Positions 10,164-20,348 of a stretch of 64,000 bases of DNA are shown in pieces. Within the stretch, counting starts at the first letter, position 1; every line of letters begins with the position of its first letter. A program made the translations under genes and the position numbers. The notes under the pieces were generated by a model, which was given only the letters and a program-made list of their open reading frames with translations, was not told the origin of the DNA and made no database searches. The stretch is from Longimicrobiales bacterium (lineage in GTDB: Bacteria > Gemmatimonadota > Gemmatimonadetes > Longimicrobiales > Gaopeijiaceae). The stretch is taken from the NCBI GenBank assembly GCA_965197725.1, contig CBDANQ010000054.1, positions 38,823-102,822 on the forward strand, given 5' to 3'.

Positions 10164-10270
10164 AAGAGTTTCATTCGCCGAGTTCCCGTCACCGTCACCC
10201 TCACACTGAGCCCTAAGCAAGAGTTTCATTCGCCGAGTTCCCGTCACCGTCACCCTCACACTGAGCCCTA
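10164..10270. repeat. Perfect 52-bp direct repeat, two copies, 55-bp period
   Basis: AAGAGTTTCATTCGCCGAGTTCCCGTCACCGTCACCCTCACACTGAGCCCTA at 10164-10215 and 10219-10270. Confidence 0.95.
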
Positions 10271-10468
10271 GCAGCGGATAGTGGCTGCTTCTCGTCCTTC
10301 TGAGCGTCCAGTTCGTCTTCGTCGTCATCATCCCATTCGTCATCATCCCAATCGTCATCGTCCCCAGTCTTCGTCGTCCTCCCAATCTTCGCCGTCGTCG
10401 GTCCGGTCCTCGTCGTCATCGTCATCCGCATCGGGCTTCCCCGGCACGATATGCTCTTTGTAGATCAC
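10213..10468 (-). CDS. Small Asp/Trp-rich acidic protein (frameshift in a G4 run near 10362)
   Basis: GTG overlaps the CDF stop (GTGA), with GGAGG upstream. Reads MIYKEHIVPGKPDADDDDDEDRTDDGEDWEDDEDW, then DDDDWDDDEWDDDDEDELDAQ in the shifted frame. Confidence 0.55.
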
Positions 10469-11409
10469 CTCGCGCCCTCCACGGTCGGTATCTGGTACAG
10501 CCTGCGCATTTCGATCTGGAAAGTCACGTGATCGATCCCGTGGCTCGCCACGAGCTCTCGAACCTCGTTCAGCACGCGACCGTGATCGGTGGGATCATCG
10601 ATCACGCCGTGCGCTGAGATGGCGACGAAGCCGCTAGTCAGGGTCCACACGTGCACATCGTGTACTTCGTCGAGCCCGTCGATGCTAGCGAGCGCATCGA
10701 GCATGCGGTCCATGTCGATGTGGGCCGGCACCGACTCGAGAAGAACGTCCGTGGCCTCGCGCACGAGCTTCCAAGCGCTCAACAGGATGAGTAGCGCGAT
10801 CACCACGGAGATAATCGCGTCCGCGGGCGTCCATCCGGTGGTGAGCACGATGACGCCTGCGGCGATCGCCCCTAGCGATCCGAGCAGGTCACCGAGAACG
10901 TGCAGGTATGCGCCGCGAACGTTGAGGTTGTCGTGCGCGTGACTGTGCAGGAGCGACGCCCCGATGATGTTCACGCCGAGCCCGAGCGTCGCGACGCCTA
11001 GCATGATGGTCCCGTCGATGGCCACCGGGTCCCGGAGCCGCTGCCACGCCTCGAGCACGATCAGCCCGGCGATCAAGAGTAGCGTCGCCCCGTTCACGAG
11101 AGCGGCGAGGATCTCGAGGCGTACGTATCCGAAGGTGCGCTTGGTGTTCGGTGGACGCTGGGCGATCCGCATTGCGAAGAGCGACAGAGCCAGCGCCGCC
11201 ACGTCGGTGAACATGTGGCCCGAATCGGCGAGCAGCGCGAGCGAGCCGGAGATCAGGCCTCCGACGACCTCGGCGATCATGAAGAGTGCCGTGATGATCA
11301 GGACCCACTTCAGGCGGGCCCTTTCCGTGCCTCGGGAGACCAGGCCGTGATGGTGATCACCGTGTGGGCCGTGGTCGCCGTGCTCGTGATCGTGGTGTGC
11401 GTCACTCAT
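10465..11409 (-). CDS. czcD: Cation diffusion facilitator (Zn/Co/Cd exporter, CzcD/ZitB type)
   Basis: His-rich N-terminus, SLALLADSGHMFTD, HVLGDLLGS, VHDVHVW. Confidence 0.92.
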   Translation of the reverse strand: MSDAHHDHEHGDHGPHGDHHHGLVSRGTERARLKWVLIITALFMIAEVVGGLISGSLALLADSGHMFTDVAALALSLFAMRIAQRPPNTKRTFGYVRLEILAALVNGATLLLIAGLIVLEAWQRLRDPVAIDGTIMLGVATLGLGVNIIGASLLHSHAHDNLNVRGAYLHVLGDLLGSLGAIAAGVIVLTTGWTPADAIISVVIALLILLSAWKLVREATDVLLESVPAHIDMDRMLDALASIDGLDEVHDVHVWTLTSGFVAISAHGVIDDPTDHGRVLNEVRELVASHGIDHVTFQIEMRRLYQIPTVEGAR

Positions 11410-11430
11410 TCCGGTGCCTGTGATGCCTCT

Positions 11431-12852
11431 CTAGCAGTCCGTGGAAGAAATAGGTTCCCAGCGGATGATGGGTGGGAGAGAAGGCAGACACGCGGGGGCT
11501 GTGTTGTTGTGCAAGAAGCGGGTTTTGGGGTCTGACGAGGCGATATTCGGCCCAAGGAAGGCGAAATAGCGCCGAATACGGCGGAAAAAGCGCGAGACGC
11601 GGGTTGTAACCTGAGTTGCGAGCGCAGCTTGTACGGTAGCGAGGCCCTGTAACGCACGGGGGGTTCCAACCCCGAACCGCTTGCGCATGAGAAGGCCGAG
11701 GTTGAAGGCCGCCGCGTGGATCAACATCCGTTTTCGAATCTCCTCCTGGCCCCGTATGTGGACGCGACGCAGCCCTCCGGTCACAAGCAAGTGCGCAAAC
11801 CCCCGCTCCACCTTCTCGCCGCGCTGGCGCAGCAGCCGCATCCCCCGGTTGCCGCGGATCCGGCGGCGGTTGTCGTAGGTCGGCGTCTGCGCGTCCCGGT
11901 TGTTCTTCCATTTCCGGCGCCCGCGGTTGGGCTCGCTCACATAGCTGCGCAGCTCCCGCTCCTTCACGCCCGTCATGGTCTTGTTCGAGTGGTAGCCTTT
12001 GTCGGCCACCACTTCCTCGGGCTCTACCTGCACTACTTCCAGCTGCCGCTCTGCCTCGTCCAGCGTGTTGGGCAGCGACGCCACATCTCCCCCGTCCATC
12101 GTCTGCACCGTCACCGCCACAAGCGCACCGGTCTCCATGTCGACCGCCTGCTCCAACTTGTGCGCCAGGCGCGTCCTGCCGTCCTTCATCTTCGTGATCC
12201 GCGCCTCCGGGTCGTGCGGATGCACCCAGTCCTTGTTCGAGCCCTTCTTCGGACGCTTCCGGTCCAGCGTCGTCAGATCCTTGCGCGTCGGCGTCTCGAT
12301 CCCCGACGCCCGGGCCACCTGCTGCAGCCATTCATCGTAGCCCAACCCGTCGTCGCGCCGCACGATCGTGCGCATCGCCGCATTCGCCTCCAGCGTCGTC
12401 GAGTCGACGCCCAGCGTCTTGCCGCTCAGCAACCCCGACCCCTTCAGCAGCTCCAGCACCCGCCCGAACACCGCCGCGTGCGCTTCCACGCTCAGGCGCT
12501 TGCGCGTCTTCGACAGGGTCGAATGCTCCGGCGGGTTCTTCGCCCACCCGTATCCCAGAAACTCACGCAACGACAACGAGTCCCCACACCGCCAGGCAAT
12601 GCCCCGCTCCGAGCCGATCCCTTCCAGGTAGCCCACCATCATCCTTCGGAAATACACCCCGGGAGCAATCCCCGGCCGACCCCGATTGTCCGCGTAGAAC
12701 TCACGGCATGCCTCTTCCGCGAACTCGTCAAACCCGCTTTTCGCCAGAAGCTCGTTCAAGGCCCGGTAGAACGGGTTGTCCAAGGCCCGAATCTCGCTCG
12801 CCACCACGAACATCTCGCCCTGCCGAGCCTCGGGCCGCTTGCCTACCGCCAT
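11431..12852 (-). CDS. DDE transposase with DUF772-like N-terminus
   Basis: GRPGIAP...SERGIAWRC, GVDSTTLEANA (D), VADKGY (D), RGEKVERGF (E). Confidence 0.9.
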   Translation of the reverse strand: MAVGKRPEARQGEMFVVASEIRALDNPFYRALNELLAKSGFDEFAEEACREFYADNRGRPGIAPGVYFRRMMVGYLEGIGSERGIAWRCGDSLSLREFLGYGWAKNPPEHSTLSKTRKRLSVEAHAAVFGRVLELLKGSGLLSGKTLGVDSTTLEANAAMRTIVRRDDGLGYDEWLQQVARASGIETPTRKDLTTLDRKRPKKGSNKDWVHPHDPEARITKMKDGRTRLAHKLEQAVDMETGALVAVTVQTMDGGDVASLPNTLDEAERQLEVVQVEPEEVVADKGYHSNKTMTGVKERELRSYVSEPNRGRRKWKNNRDAQTPTYDNRRRIRGNRGMRLLRQRGEKVERGFAHLLVTGGLRRVHIRGQEEIRKRMLIHAAAFNLGLLMRKRFGVGTPRALQGLATVQAALATQVTTRVSRFFRRIRRYFAFLGPNIASSDPKTRFLHNNTAPACLPSLPPIIRWEPISSTDC

Positions 12853-12933
12853 CGCCGTCCTCGCTGCAAAAACCCTCGTGTCCTCCTGATTTAACACAAC
12901 AGCGATGACCGGACTTTATCCACGGTCTGCTAG
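11431..12933 (-). mobile_element. Insertion sequence (IS1182/IS5-like) inserted at CTAG
   Basis: Ends CTAGCAGTCCGTGGAAGAAA and TTTATCCACGGTCTGCTAG are imperfect inverted repeats. CTAG at 11431-11434 and 12930-12933. Confidence 0.88.
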
Positions 12934-13175
12934 ACGTACCGCAGACGTACCGCCAGCTGCTGCCGGAGCCTGCCCCAGCAGAATGGGGCCGCCGATAATG
13001 TTGCCGAGAATAACGGCCATCGCCAAGGTGAGGACGCCCGCTACCGGCGCCATGGGCTCATCGACAGGGAGTGCAGACAAGGAACACAGAACGAAGAACG
13101 AAGGAGGCCTAGTGGAACAATAGCCCAGCATGCATACCTTTCCTGTACCCCGAGGCTCTCGACCTCCCCACACCC

Positions 13176-15257
13176 ATGACGCACTCGCCGAACCCACTGC
13201 TCTCCGCTCAGTTCAGGATTCCCTTTCACCTGATCGAGGCGGAACACGTAGAGTCCGGAATTCGCGAGGCCCTCAGGGTGGCGCAGACCGAGATCGATGA
13301 TCTCGCTGCGCAGACCGGCACCGCGACCTGGCAGAACACGATGGAGCGCCTCGACGAGATCACGGACCGGCTGAGTCGATGCATCGTGCCCGCCAGCCAT
13401 CTCGTCTCCGTGGCCGAGACGCGCGAATTGCGTGAAGCGTACAACGCGGTGTTGCCCGAGATGTCGGCCTTCTGGTCCAGCCTGCCTCTGAACGCCGCAC
13501 TGTGGAAGCGAGTCAAGAAGTTCGCTGGCACGCGCGGAGCCTCGGAGTTGACCGGCACACGAAAGCGACACCTGATGAAGACGGTTCGCGATTTCCGCCG
13601 AGCGGGAGCCGATCTCGGCGCGGAGGACAAGGAACGCCTGCAAGAGCTGACGGTCGAGCTCGCCAAGCTGCAACAGAAATTCAGCGAAAACGTGCTCGAC
13701 GCGACGGCGGCGTACGAACTCAACATCACGGATGAGGGCCGTCTGGCGGAGGTTCCGGACGCGGCTGTGAGGCGGGCACGGGCGAAGGCCGAGGAGAAAG
13801 GGCTCAGCGGGTGGCTTCTGACACTCGACTACCCTTCGGTAGAGCCGATCCTCAAGCATTGCCAGGACCGGGAGCTTCGCCTCGAGATCCACAACGCGTT
13901 CGTCATGCGTTGCCGCGAAGGCGAGTTCGACAATCGACCGCTCCTGGCTCGCATCCTTCGGCTGCGCGATGAGTTCGCTGACATCCTCGGCTACCCGAGC
14001 TTTCCCGACTACGTACTCGAGGACCGCATGGCCAGGAAGGGTGAGCGCGCCATCGAGTTCGAGCGTGAGCTCGTGGTGCGTACGCGGCCGTATTGGAAGC
14101 GCGATGTCGATCAGTTGCGCAGCTTCGCCGCCGAGCTGGGCATCGACGACGTGGAGCCCTGGGACGCCAGCTTCGTCATGGAGAGGCTGCGCAAGTCGCG
14201 CTTCGACATCGACGACGAGGCGCTGCGCCCATACTTCCCGCTCGACCAGGTACTCGACGGCCTGTTCGCCGTGGTCCGCCGCACCTTCGGATTCCGGGTC
14301 GAGAAGCGTGAGATCGAGGAGCTGTGGCACCCGGACGCTGACTACTACGAGATCTTCGACGAGTCCGGCGAGCAGCTGGGGGCATTCTACACGGACTGGT
14401 TCCCACGAAAGGAGAAGCGTTCGGGCGCCTGGATGCACGACTTCATCACGGGCGGGCCTCGAGAGGGCGGCTTTTCCCCACATCTGGGAGTGATCTGTGG
14501 AAACTTCACGCCGTCTGATGGCAACGGACCCGCGCTGCTGTCGCACCGTGAGGTGGAGACCATCTTCCACGAATTCGGACACCTCCTGCACCACTGCACG
14601 TCTCGGGTAGAGGTTGCGGGCCGCGCGGGCATCCACGTCGCTTGGGACTGGGTGGAGTTACCGAGCCAGCTCATGGAGAACTGGACCTGGGAGCGCGAGG
14701 CTCTCGAGCTCTTCGCTCGCCACCACAAGAACGGTGATCTCCTGCCTGAAGAGTTGTTCGATCGCATGGTTGCGGCACGCCGCTACATGGGCGGCTGGGC
14801 GCAGATGCGTCAATTGTCGCTGGGCACGGTCGACCTGGCGCTGCACAACGAGCTGGCGCCGAAGCTGCGCGCGGACGCGCCCGGTGCCCCGAGCGAAGCG
14901 GTCGATGAGAACCAGGGTCACGAGGTGATGGCATTCGGGGAGTCCCGTTTCGCGGACTTCGCGGTGCAGCCGCGTTTCGCGGAGCTGCACGGCCTCACCA
15001 CGTTCACACACCTATTCGCCGGGGGATATGCGGCCGGCTACTACAGCTACCTATGGTCCGAGGTTCTGGATGCGGATGCGTTCACACGCTTCAAGCAGGA
15101 AGGGGTCTTCAACCGCGAGACCGGACGCAGCTACGTCGACTCCATCCTGAGCCGGGGAGATTCAGCCGATCCGGAGGACCTGTTCCGCGAGTTCATGGGA
15201 CGCGACCCGGACTCCGGAGCTCTGCTCGAGCGGAACCTCGGTCCGCTGGGCGCTTAG
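13176..15257 (+). CDS. prlC: Oligopeptidase A, peptidase M3
   Basis: FHEFGHLLH zinc motif, KRSGAWM, VELPSQLMENW, GGYAAGYYSYLWSEVL. Confidence 0.93.
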   Translation: MTHSPNPLLSAQFRIPFHLIEAEHVESGIREALRVAQTEIDDLAAQTGTATWQNTMERLDEITDRLSRCIVPASHLVSVAETRELREAYNAVLPEMSAFWSSLPLNAALWKRVKKFAGTRGASELTGTRKRHLMKTVRDFRRAGADLGAEDKERLQELTVELAKLQQKFSENVLDATAAYELNITDEGRLAEVPDAAVRRARAKAEEKGLSGWLLTLDYPSVEPILKHCQDRELRLEIHNAFVMRCREGEFDNRPLLARILRLRDEFADILGYPSFPDYVLEDRMARKGERAIEFERELVVRTRPYWKRDVDQLRSFAAELGIDDVEPWDASFVMERLRKSRFDIDDEALRPYFPLDQVLDGLFAVVRRTFGFRVEKREIEELWHPDADYYEIFDESGEQLGAFYTDWFPRKEKRSGAWMHDFITGGPREGGFSPHLGVICGNFTPSDGNGPALLSHREVETIFHEFGHLLHHCTSRVEVAGRAGIHVAWDWVELPSQLMENWTWEREALELFARHHKNGDLLPEELFDRMVAARRYMGGWAQMRQLSLGTVDLALHNELAPKLRADAPGAPSEAVDENQGHEVMAFGESRFADFAVQPRFAELHGLTTFTHLFAGGYAAGYYSYLWSEVLDADAFTRFKQEGVFNRETGRSYVDSILSRGDSADPEDLFREFMGRDPDSGALLERNLGPLGA

Positions 15258-15265
15258 AATCAAGC

Positions 15266-16273
15266 ATGAATAGACTGACGACGGCCGGGGTCCTCGCGCT
15301 CCTCTCGATCCCAGCCGCGGGGTGTGACACCAGCGGCATCGCGTACGGCGACGTGAACAGCATCATCGCGGTGATGAGTCCGGAGCTGTGGGCCGAGGTG
15401 CAGAACGATGTGTACGGGGCTCTGGAGCCCACCATCCGCACGGTACGCGACGAGAAGACGTTCACAGTCACCTACCAGGAGCCCTTCGCGGAGTTCTGGA
15501 GCGACCTCCGGCGCTTTCGCCAGATCCTGCTCGTCGGGAGCGCTACCGACGCCGTAGTGGTCGAGGCGCTGGATCGCGCGCACGTGCAAATCAGCCAACC
15601 GGGCATGCATCAGATCGGCAACGCCTGGGCCCGCGGCCAGGCGATCACGCTCGTGCTGCTGCCCGAGGGCGGAGGAGCGGACGATCTGCGTCCATATCTC
15701 GCGGACGTGAACGAGCTGCTCGATGACCAGTACCGCCAGTGGGTGAACAACCGCATGTATATGTCCGGCGTGGACTCGGCGCTCGCGGATACGCTGCATG
15801 CTGAGGCCGGCTTCGCGCTAATGCTGCCCAAGGTGTACAGATGGACGAGTGCCGATTCGGTCTATGTCTTCCGCAACGACAACCCCGATCCCGCCGAGCT
15901 CATCCGGGAGGTCGTCGTGACGTGGCGGACACCGATCCCGTCGGACCTGCAAGCCGAGGACATCCTCGAGTGGCGAGAGCAGGTGGTCGCTGGCTACTAC
16001 TCGGAGCCACAGGTGAACGCGCTAGACAATGCACATGCGGAACCCTTTGAGTACCGCGGACGCTACGCGTATCAGATCCATGCCGAGTGGAGGAATCCAC
16101 CCGAACGCGGCTGGCCCGCGGGAGGCCCGTTCATCACGCGCGCGGTGTTGTGTGAGAACCAGAACCGCATGTACCTGATCGATGCTTGGCTTTACGCGCC
16201 GGGCAAGAAGAAGTACGAGTACATGATCCAAATCGAGACGATTCTGGACTCGTTCCGATGCGGAGCCGCCTGA
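15266..16273 (+). CDS. DUF4837-like lipoprotein
   Basis: MNRLTT...AAGC lipobox. C-terminal GGPF...YAPGKKKYEYMIQIE pattern. Confidence 0.7.
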   Translation: MNRLTTAGVLALLSIPAAGCDTSGIAYGDVNSIIAVMSPELWAEVQNDVYGALEPTIRTVRDEKTFTVTYQEPFAEFWSDLRRFRQILLVGSATDAVVVEALDRAHVQISQPGMHQIGNAWARGQAITLVLLPEGGGADDLRPYLADVNELLDDQYRQWVNNRMYMSGVDSALADTLHAEAGFALMLPKVYRWTSADSVYVFRNDNPDPAELIREVVVTWRTPIPSDLQAEDILEWREQVVAGYYSEPQVNALDNAHAEPFEYRGRYAYQIHAEWRNPPERGWPAGGPFITRAVLCENQNRMYLIDAWLYAPGKKKYEYMIQIETILDSFRCGAA

Positions 16274-16353
16274 CGGGTCGACGAGGGAACAGACGCCGGG
16301 GCCCGGGGGTTTATCCTGCGCCCATATCTCGATCACGCAGACAGGATGACTAC

Positions 16354-16881
16354 ATGCGCAGCCCCGCGACGCTCGCCGCGCTTGTGGCCGTGTTCGCTTT
16401 CGCCACTGCGGCCTGCGCGCAGCAGCCGCCGGCGAGCCAACACGGAACAGTCTCCCAGTCCGTCAACACCACGACGATCACGCTGGAATACGACCGACCG
16501 GTCCTGAGGGGGCGTTCCATCTTCGGAGAACTCCTCGACTACGATGTCATATGGACGCCCGGCGCGAACCGCGCGACGTGGATCGACTTCTCGGCACCGG
16601 TGAAGATCCAGGGTCAGGAGCTACCGGCCGGCCGCTACGGACTCTGGACCATCCCTCAGGAGAGCGACCCCTGGCAGATCATCTTCGTGAGCGCGTGGGA
16701 CGCGCACCACTCGTACTTCTCGCGCGAGACCGAGGTGCTGCGCGTCGAGGCCCACGCGGCGCGGGGCGCGCACATGGAGGTGCTGGCCTTCTACTTTCCG
16801 GTGGTCGGGCCCTACGAGACGACGTTGCGCTTCCATTGGGGCGAAGTCGTCGTGCCGCTCCAGATCGAGGTCGGGCGCTAG
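16354..16881 (+). CDS. DUF2911 domain protein
   Basis: Signal peptide, YDRPVLRGRSIFG, WTPGANRAT, LPAGRYGLWTIP. Confidence 0.8.
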   Translation: MRSPATLAALVAVFAFATAACAQQPPASQHGTVSQSVNTTTITLEYDRPVLRGRSIFGELLDYDVIWTPGANRATWIDFSAPVKIQGQELPAGRYGLWTIPQESDPWQIIFVSAWDAHHSYFSRETEVLRVEAHAARGAHMEVLAFYFPVVGPYETTLRFHWGEVVVPLQIEVGR

Positions 16882-17825
16882 CAGTCCGACGCATCGGCAC
16901 CCGCCCAACGCTCGTCCAAGCGTAGCCCCAGGGACCGCGCATGCCGCCGGGCCTCGGCGAACTCCTCGGTCGTGACACGACGACTGATCTCCTCGAAGCG
17001 TCCCTCGCCCACCTTCCCGGCCGGACGGTATTGGTCCATCACGTTGACATACGTGCCGGGTCCCAGCCGCTCGGCCAGCCATTCGAGGCACGCCCTGGTC
17101 TCGTCCAGCAAGCCGGGCATGACGAGGTGTCGCACAAGAACGCCCCGCCTGGCCAGCCCGCGCTCGTCGAAGACGAGCGGCCCCACCTGTCCGTGCATCT
17201 CGATCAGCGCGACACGCGCGGCCTCGGGGTACTCCTCCACCATCAGGTATCGTTTGGCGGCTGAGGCCGTCCACAGCTTGAAGTCCGGCATGTAGATGTC
17301 GACGATGCCGTCCATCCAACGCAGGCTCTCAAGGCTGTCGTAGGCGGACGTGTTGTATACGATCGGAAGGCGGAGCCCCATCTCGATCGCCGGCACCAGG
17401 GCCTCGAGCACCTGCGGCACCACGTGCTCGGGTGTCACGAAGTTGATGTTGTGACAGCCCTGCGCCTGAAGCTCGAGCATGAGAGCGGCGATCCGATCGG
17501 CCTTCACGCCCGGCGCCGATGGTCCCGGTCGTATGGCCTGGCTGATGTCGAAGTTCTGACAGAAGACGCAGCGCAGGTTGCAGTGGCCGAAAAAGATCGT
17601 GCCAGAACCGTTCCATCCTCGCAGGCAGTCCTCCTCTCCGAAATGCGCGAACGCCGAGCTCACCACTGCGTGACGGCCTGTCTTGCAGGCGGACCACTTC
17701 CCGACCAGCCGGTCCACCGCGCAGTCGCGCGGACACAGCCGGCATTCCGCTAGGGAGGCCACGGCCTCTTCCGCCCGGCGCGCGATCTCACCGGCGGGGA
17801 GGTCTAGGTAGGCAGGTCGGACCAT
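16878..17825 (-). CDS. Radical SAM protein, PflX family
   Basis: CRLCPRDC, HFGEEDCL, GSGTIFF, CNLRCVFCQN, NINFVTP. Confidence 0.9.
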   Translation of the reverse strand: MVRPAYLDLPAGEIARRAEEAVASLAECRLCPRDCAVDRLVGKWSACKTGRHAVVSSAFAHFGEEDCLRGWNGSGTIFFGHCNLRCVFCQNFDISQAIRPGPSAPGVKADRIAALMLELQAQGCHNINFVTPEHVVPQVLEALVPAIEMGLRLPIVYNTSAYDSLESLRWMDGIVDIYMPDFKLWTASAAKRYLMVEEYPEAARVALIEMHGQVGPLVFDERGLARRGVLVRHLVMPGLLDETRACLEWLAERLGPGTYVNVMDQYRPAGKVGEGRFEEISRRVTTEEFAEARRHARSLGLRLDERWAGADASDC

Positions 17826-17890
17826 GAAGGGAAGTTAGGGCGGAACGGGCGCTCTCGCCTGTCGACGGGCTAGGGTAGGGGGCGACTCCC

Positions 17891-18271
17891 TCACCTCGAG
17901 TTCCTCATGTACTCGACGTCCTCCATCTTCCAGAGTTCGAGCATCGCCCGATTTATTTCGGTCGACAGGTCGCCAAGATCTCCGCGCAACTCAACCGCCT
18001 GCTGGGCCGCGATCTGTGCTCTCACTTCATCCACGCTCGTTCGGTTGCGGACGCCTACAAACACCCCGGTCGCTCCAGAGATGGCGACCGAGACCAGTAC
18101 CCCGTAAAGAACCCGTCTTCGCCGTCTATCCTGCTTTCGCCGGACGTGCCGGGTGGCAGCTCGTTCCGCTATCTCCTCGACTCGGCTCAGACGCGGCGCC
18201 GAGGTGCGCTCCGCGGCGGCGACCTGTTTTCGTGGCCCCCCCGGAAAACTGCCAGCGATTCTGTCTTCCAT
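17891..18271 (-). CDS. Hypothetical single-pass membrane protein
   Basis: AGGAG RBS, Arg-rich stretch then one TM helix. Fills the gap between genes. Confidence 0.6.
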   Translation of the reverse strand: MEDRIAGSFPGGPRKQVAAAERTSAPRLSRVEEIAERAATRHVRRKQDRRRRRVLYGVLVSVAISGATGVFVGVRNRTSVDEVRAQIAAQQAVELRGDLGDLSTEINRAMLELWKMEDVEYMRNSR

Positions 18272-18469
18272 CGATGGTTTCTCCTACTTGCTAGCCCGAC
18301 GACACCTGGTATGAATTCAAGCTAAGGTCACGTCTCGCGAGTGCCCTCCTGGGGAGATTCCCGCGCGCGTCTCGACGTCAGGCGGCCGCCCTTGTTCCGT
18401 CCAGGACTGATCGGACGGCACCTAAGGGCACAGTAGGACGGGCCTGTCCGCCACCCTATTCTGGTCGGG

Positions 18470-19184
18470 ATGATGCTGCCCGACCCTCGACGCCCGTCAC
18501 CGAAGACCGGAACTCATGGATGCTCCGAGTCTCGCACCCGCGCAACGAGCCGGCGCCCTACGGGCGCTCGCTCGCGTGAACGCGCTGTCGGGCGTGGCTC
18601 ACAGAATCTGGGCCGAGATCCATGGATTGCACAGCGCCGGAGCTCCTCGGACGATCCGCGTTCTGGACATCGCCTGCGGCGGTGGGGACGTCGTGGTCTC
18701 GCTCGCCCGCCGGGCGGCTCGCGCCGGTCTCGACCTCGAGGTGCACGGCTGCGACGTGAGCCCGGCGGCCCTGGAAGTCGCACGGGAGAACTCTGAGCGT
18801 GCCGGTGTCCGAGCGTACTTCTTCGAGCTGGATGCGCTGCAAGGAGGGATCCCCGACCCCTACGATGTCGTGTGCTCGTCGCTCTTTCTCCACCATCTGG
18901 ACGAGCACGAGGCTGTCTCCCTGCTCGTGACGATGGCCGAGGGCACACCTCGCACCCTCTTGGTTCAGGACCTACGGCGAACCGTAGCGGGATATCTTCT
19001 CGCCTTCGGCGTGCTCAGGCTGATAACACGGTCGGAGGTGGCCCACACGGACGGACCCCGCTCGGTGGAGGGGGCCTTCACGATGGAGGAGGCGCGCGAT
19101 CTCGCGCGCAGTGCAGGACTCGACGGCGCGCGTGTCGAGGCGTGCTGGCCCCAGCGCTTCCAGCTGACGTGGCGACGCGCGTGA
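18470..19184 (+). CDS. SAM-dependent methyltransferase of type III PKS cluster (frameshift near 18485)
   Basis: ELMD, VLDIACGGGD, SLFLHHL, DGPRSVEGAFT. Intact ORF from 18516; upstream ATG 18470 joins with one C removed. Confidence 0.88.
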
Positions 19185-20348
19185 GCACGATCGAGGCTTC
19201 GACCGACGTCATGTATGGCGCCGTGTACGACGCCGTCGTGGTAGGCGCCGGTCCCGCGGGCACGATGACAGCCCTCGAGCTCGCCCGGTGTGATCTCTCG
19301 GTGCTGGTCGTCGAACGTCAGCCGATGCCGCGCTGGAAAGTTTGCGGTGCCTGTTTGAGCCCGGGCACCCTGGAGCTACTCGGTGCGGCGGGCCTCCCCC
19401 ACCCATTGGACGGCGTACCGCTCTGCCGCCTTCGCCTCGCCGCGTGGTCCACGGAGGCGTGTGTGCCGTTGAGCGGCTCGATGGCCGTATCGAGGCGCTC
19501 CTTCGACCAGATGCTGTTGAGCGCCGCCCGGAACGCGGGTGTCGTGGCGATGACACCGGCCCGGGCCCGCCTCGGGCCGATCGACGGCGGCACGCGCGTC
19601 GTCCGTATAGAGCGGGCGGAGGGCGATCTAGAAGTCGCAGCGCGGGTGGTCATCGATGCAGGTGGACTCGGTGGCGGGTTAGCTGCTGTCACTTGGGGCG
19701 GCGCCGACAGGCTCAGGCACGGCTCACGCATCGGTGTTGGTGCGGTGTTCGCACCGGGCACCGCGGCGTACGCACGCGGCGAGATTCACATGGTCGTGGG
19801 TGAAGGCGGATACGTAGGCCTGGTCCGGGTCGCGGACGGCAGCCTGACCGTCGCAGCCGCCCTGGATCCCTCATGGCTGAGGGGGCATGCCTCACCCGGT
19901 GATGCGGTCGGGGCGCTGCTGCGCACCGCCGGGCTCTGCCGCGTTGCCGGAGCGTCCGTCGGTGGGATGGAAAGGCACACGTGCGCTCACGAGATCTCCC
20001 CCCACGCGGGGCGCGGAGCGCGTCTTCGCGGTAGGCGACGCCGCCGGCTACGTGGAGCCGTTCACCGGAGAGGGTATCTCCTGGGCACTCGCGGGAGCCC
20101 GCGCGCTTGCGCCACTGGTCGCGCGAGCCGCCCGGGGGTGGGATCCCGCTCTGCTCGAGGCGTGGGATCGAGCCCACTCGCGGTCGATGACGCGGGCGCA
20201 GAGGCTCTGCCGCGCGGTTGCGTGGACGTCCCGTCGGCCGCGGCTCGTGATGTTCACGCTGCGCCTCCTGGCACGTCTGCCGGGAGTGGCGGGTCCGTTT
20301 GTACACCGCGCCGGCGCGGCGCCCAACGTCCGCCTGTCGGTGTCATGA
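19181..20348 (+). CDS. FAD-dependent oxidoreductase, geranylgeranyl reductase-like (frameshift near 19965)
   Basis: VVGAGPAG, PRWKVCGACL in the first frame. VGDAAGYVEPFTGEGISWAL in the second frame. GTGA and ATGA overlaps with neighbours. Confidence 0.85.

Noticed and set aside
2777..10270. CRISPR array interpretation of the two repeats
   Set aside because: No unique spacers, too few copies, and no cas genes.
12934..13120. Formate/nitrite transporter remnant (VILGNIIGG) beside the IS
   Set aside because: A single short motif is not enough support.
11716..14636. Long antisense ORFs (e.g. 11716..12894, 13041..14636 and many others)
   Set aside because: Shadow frames of real genes in GC-rich DNA.
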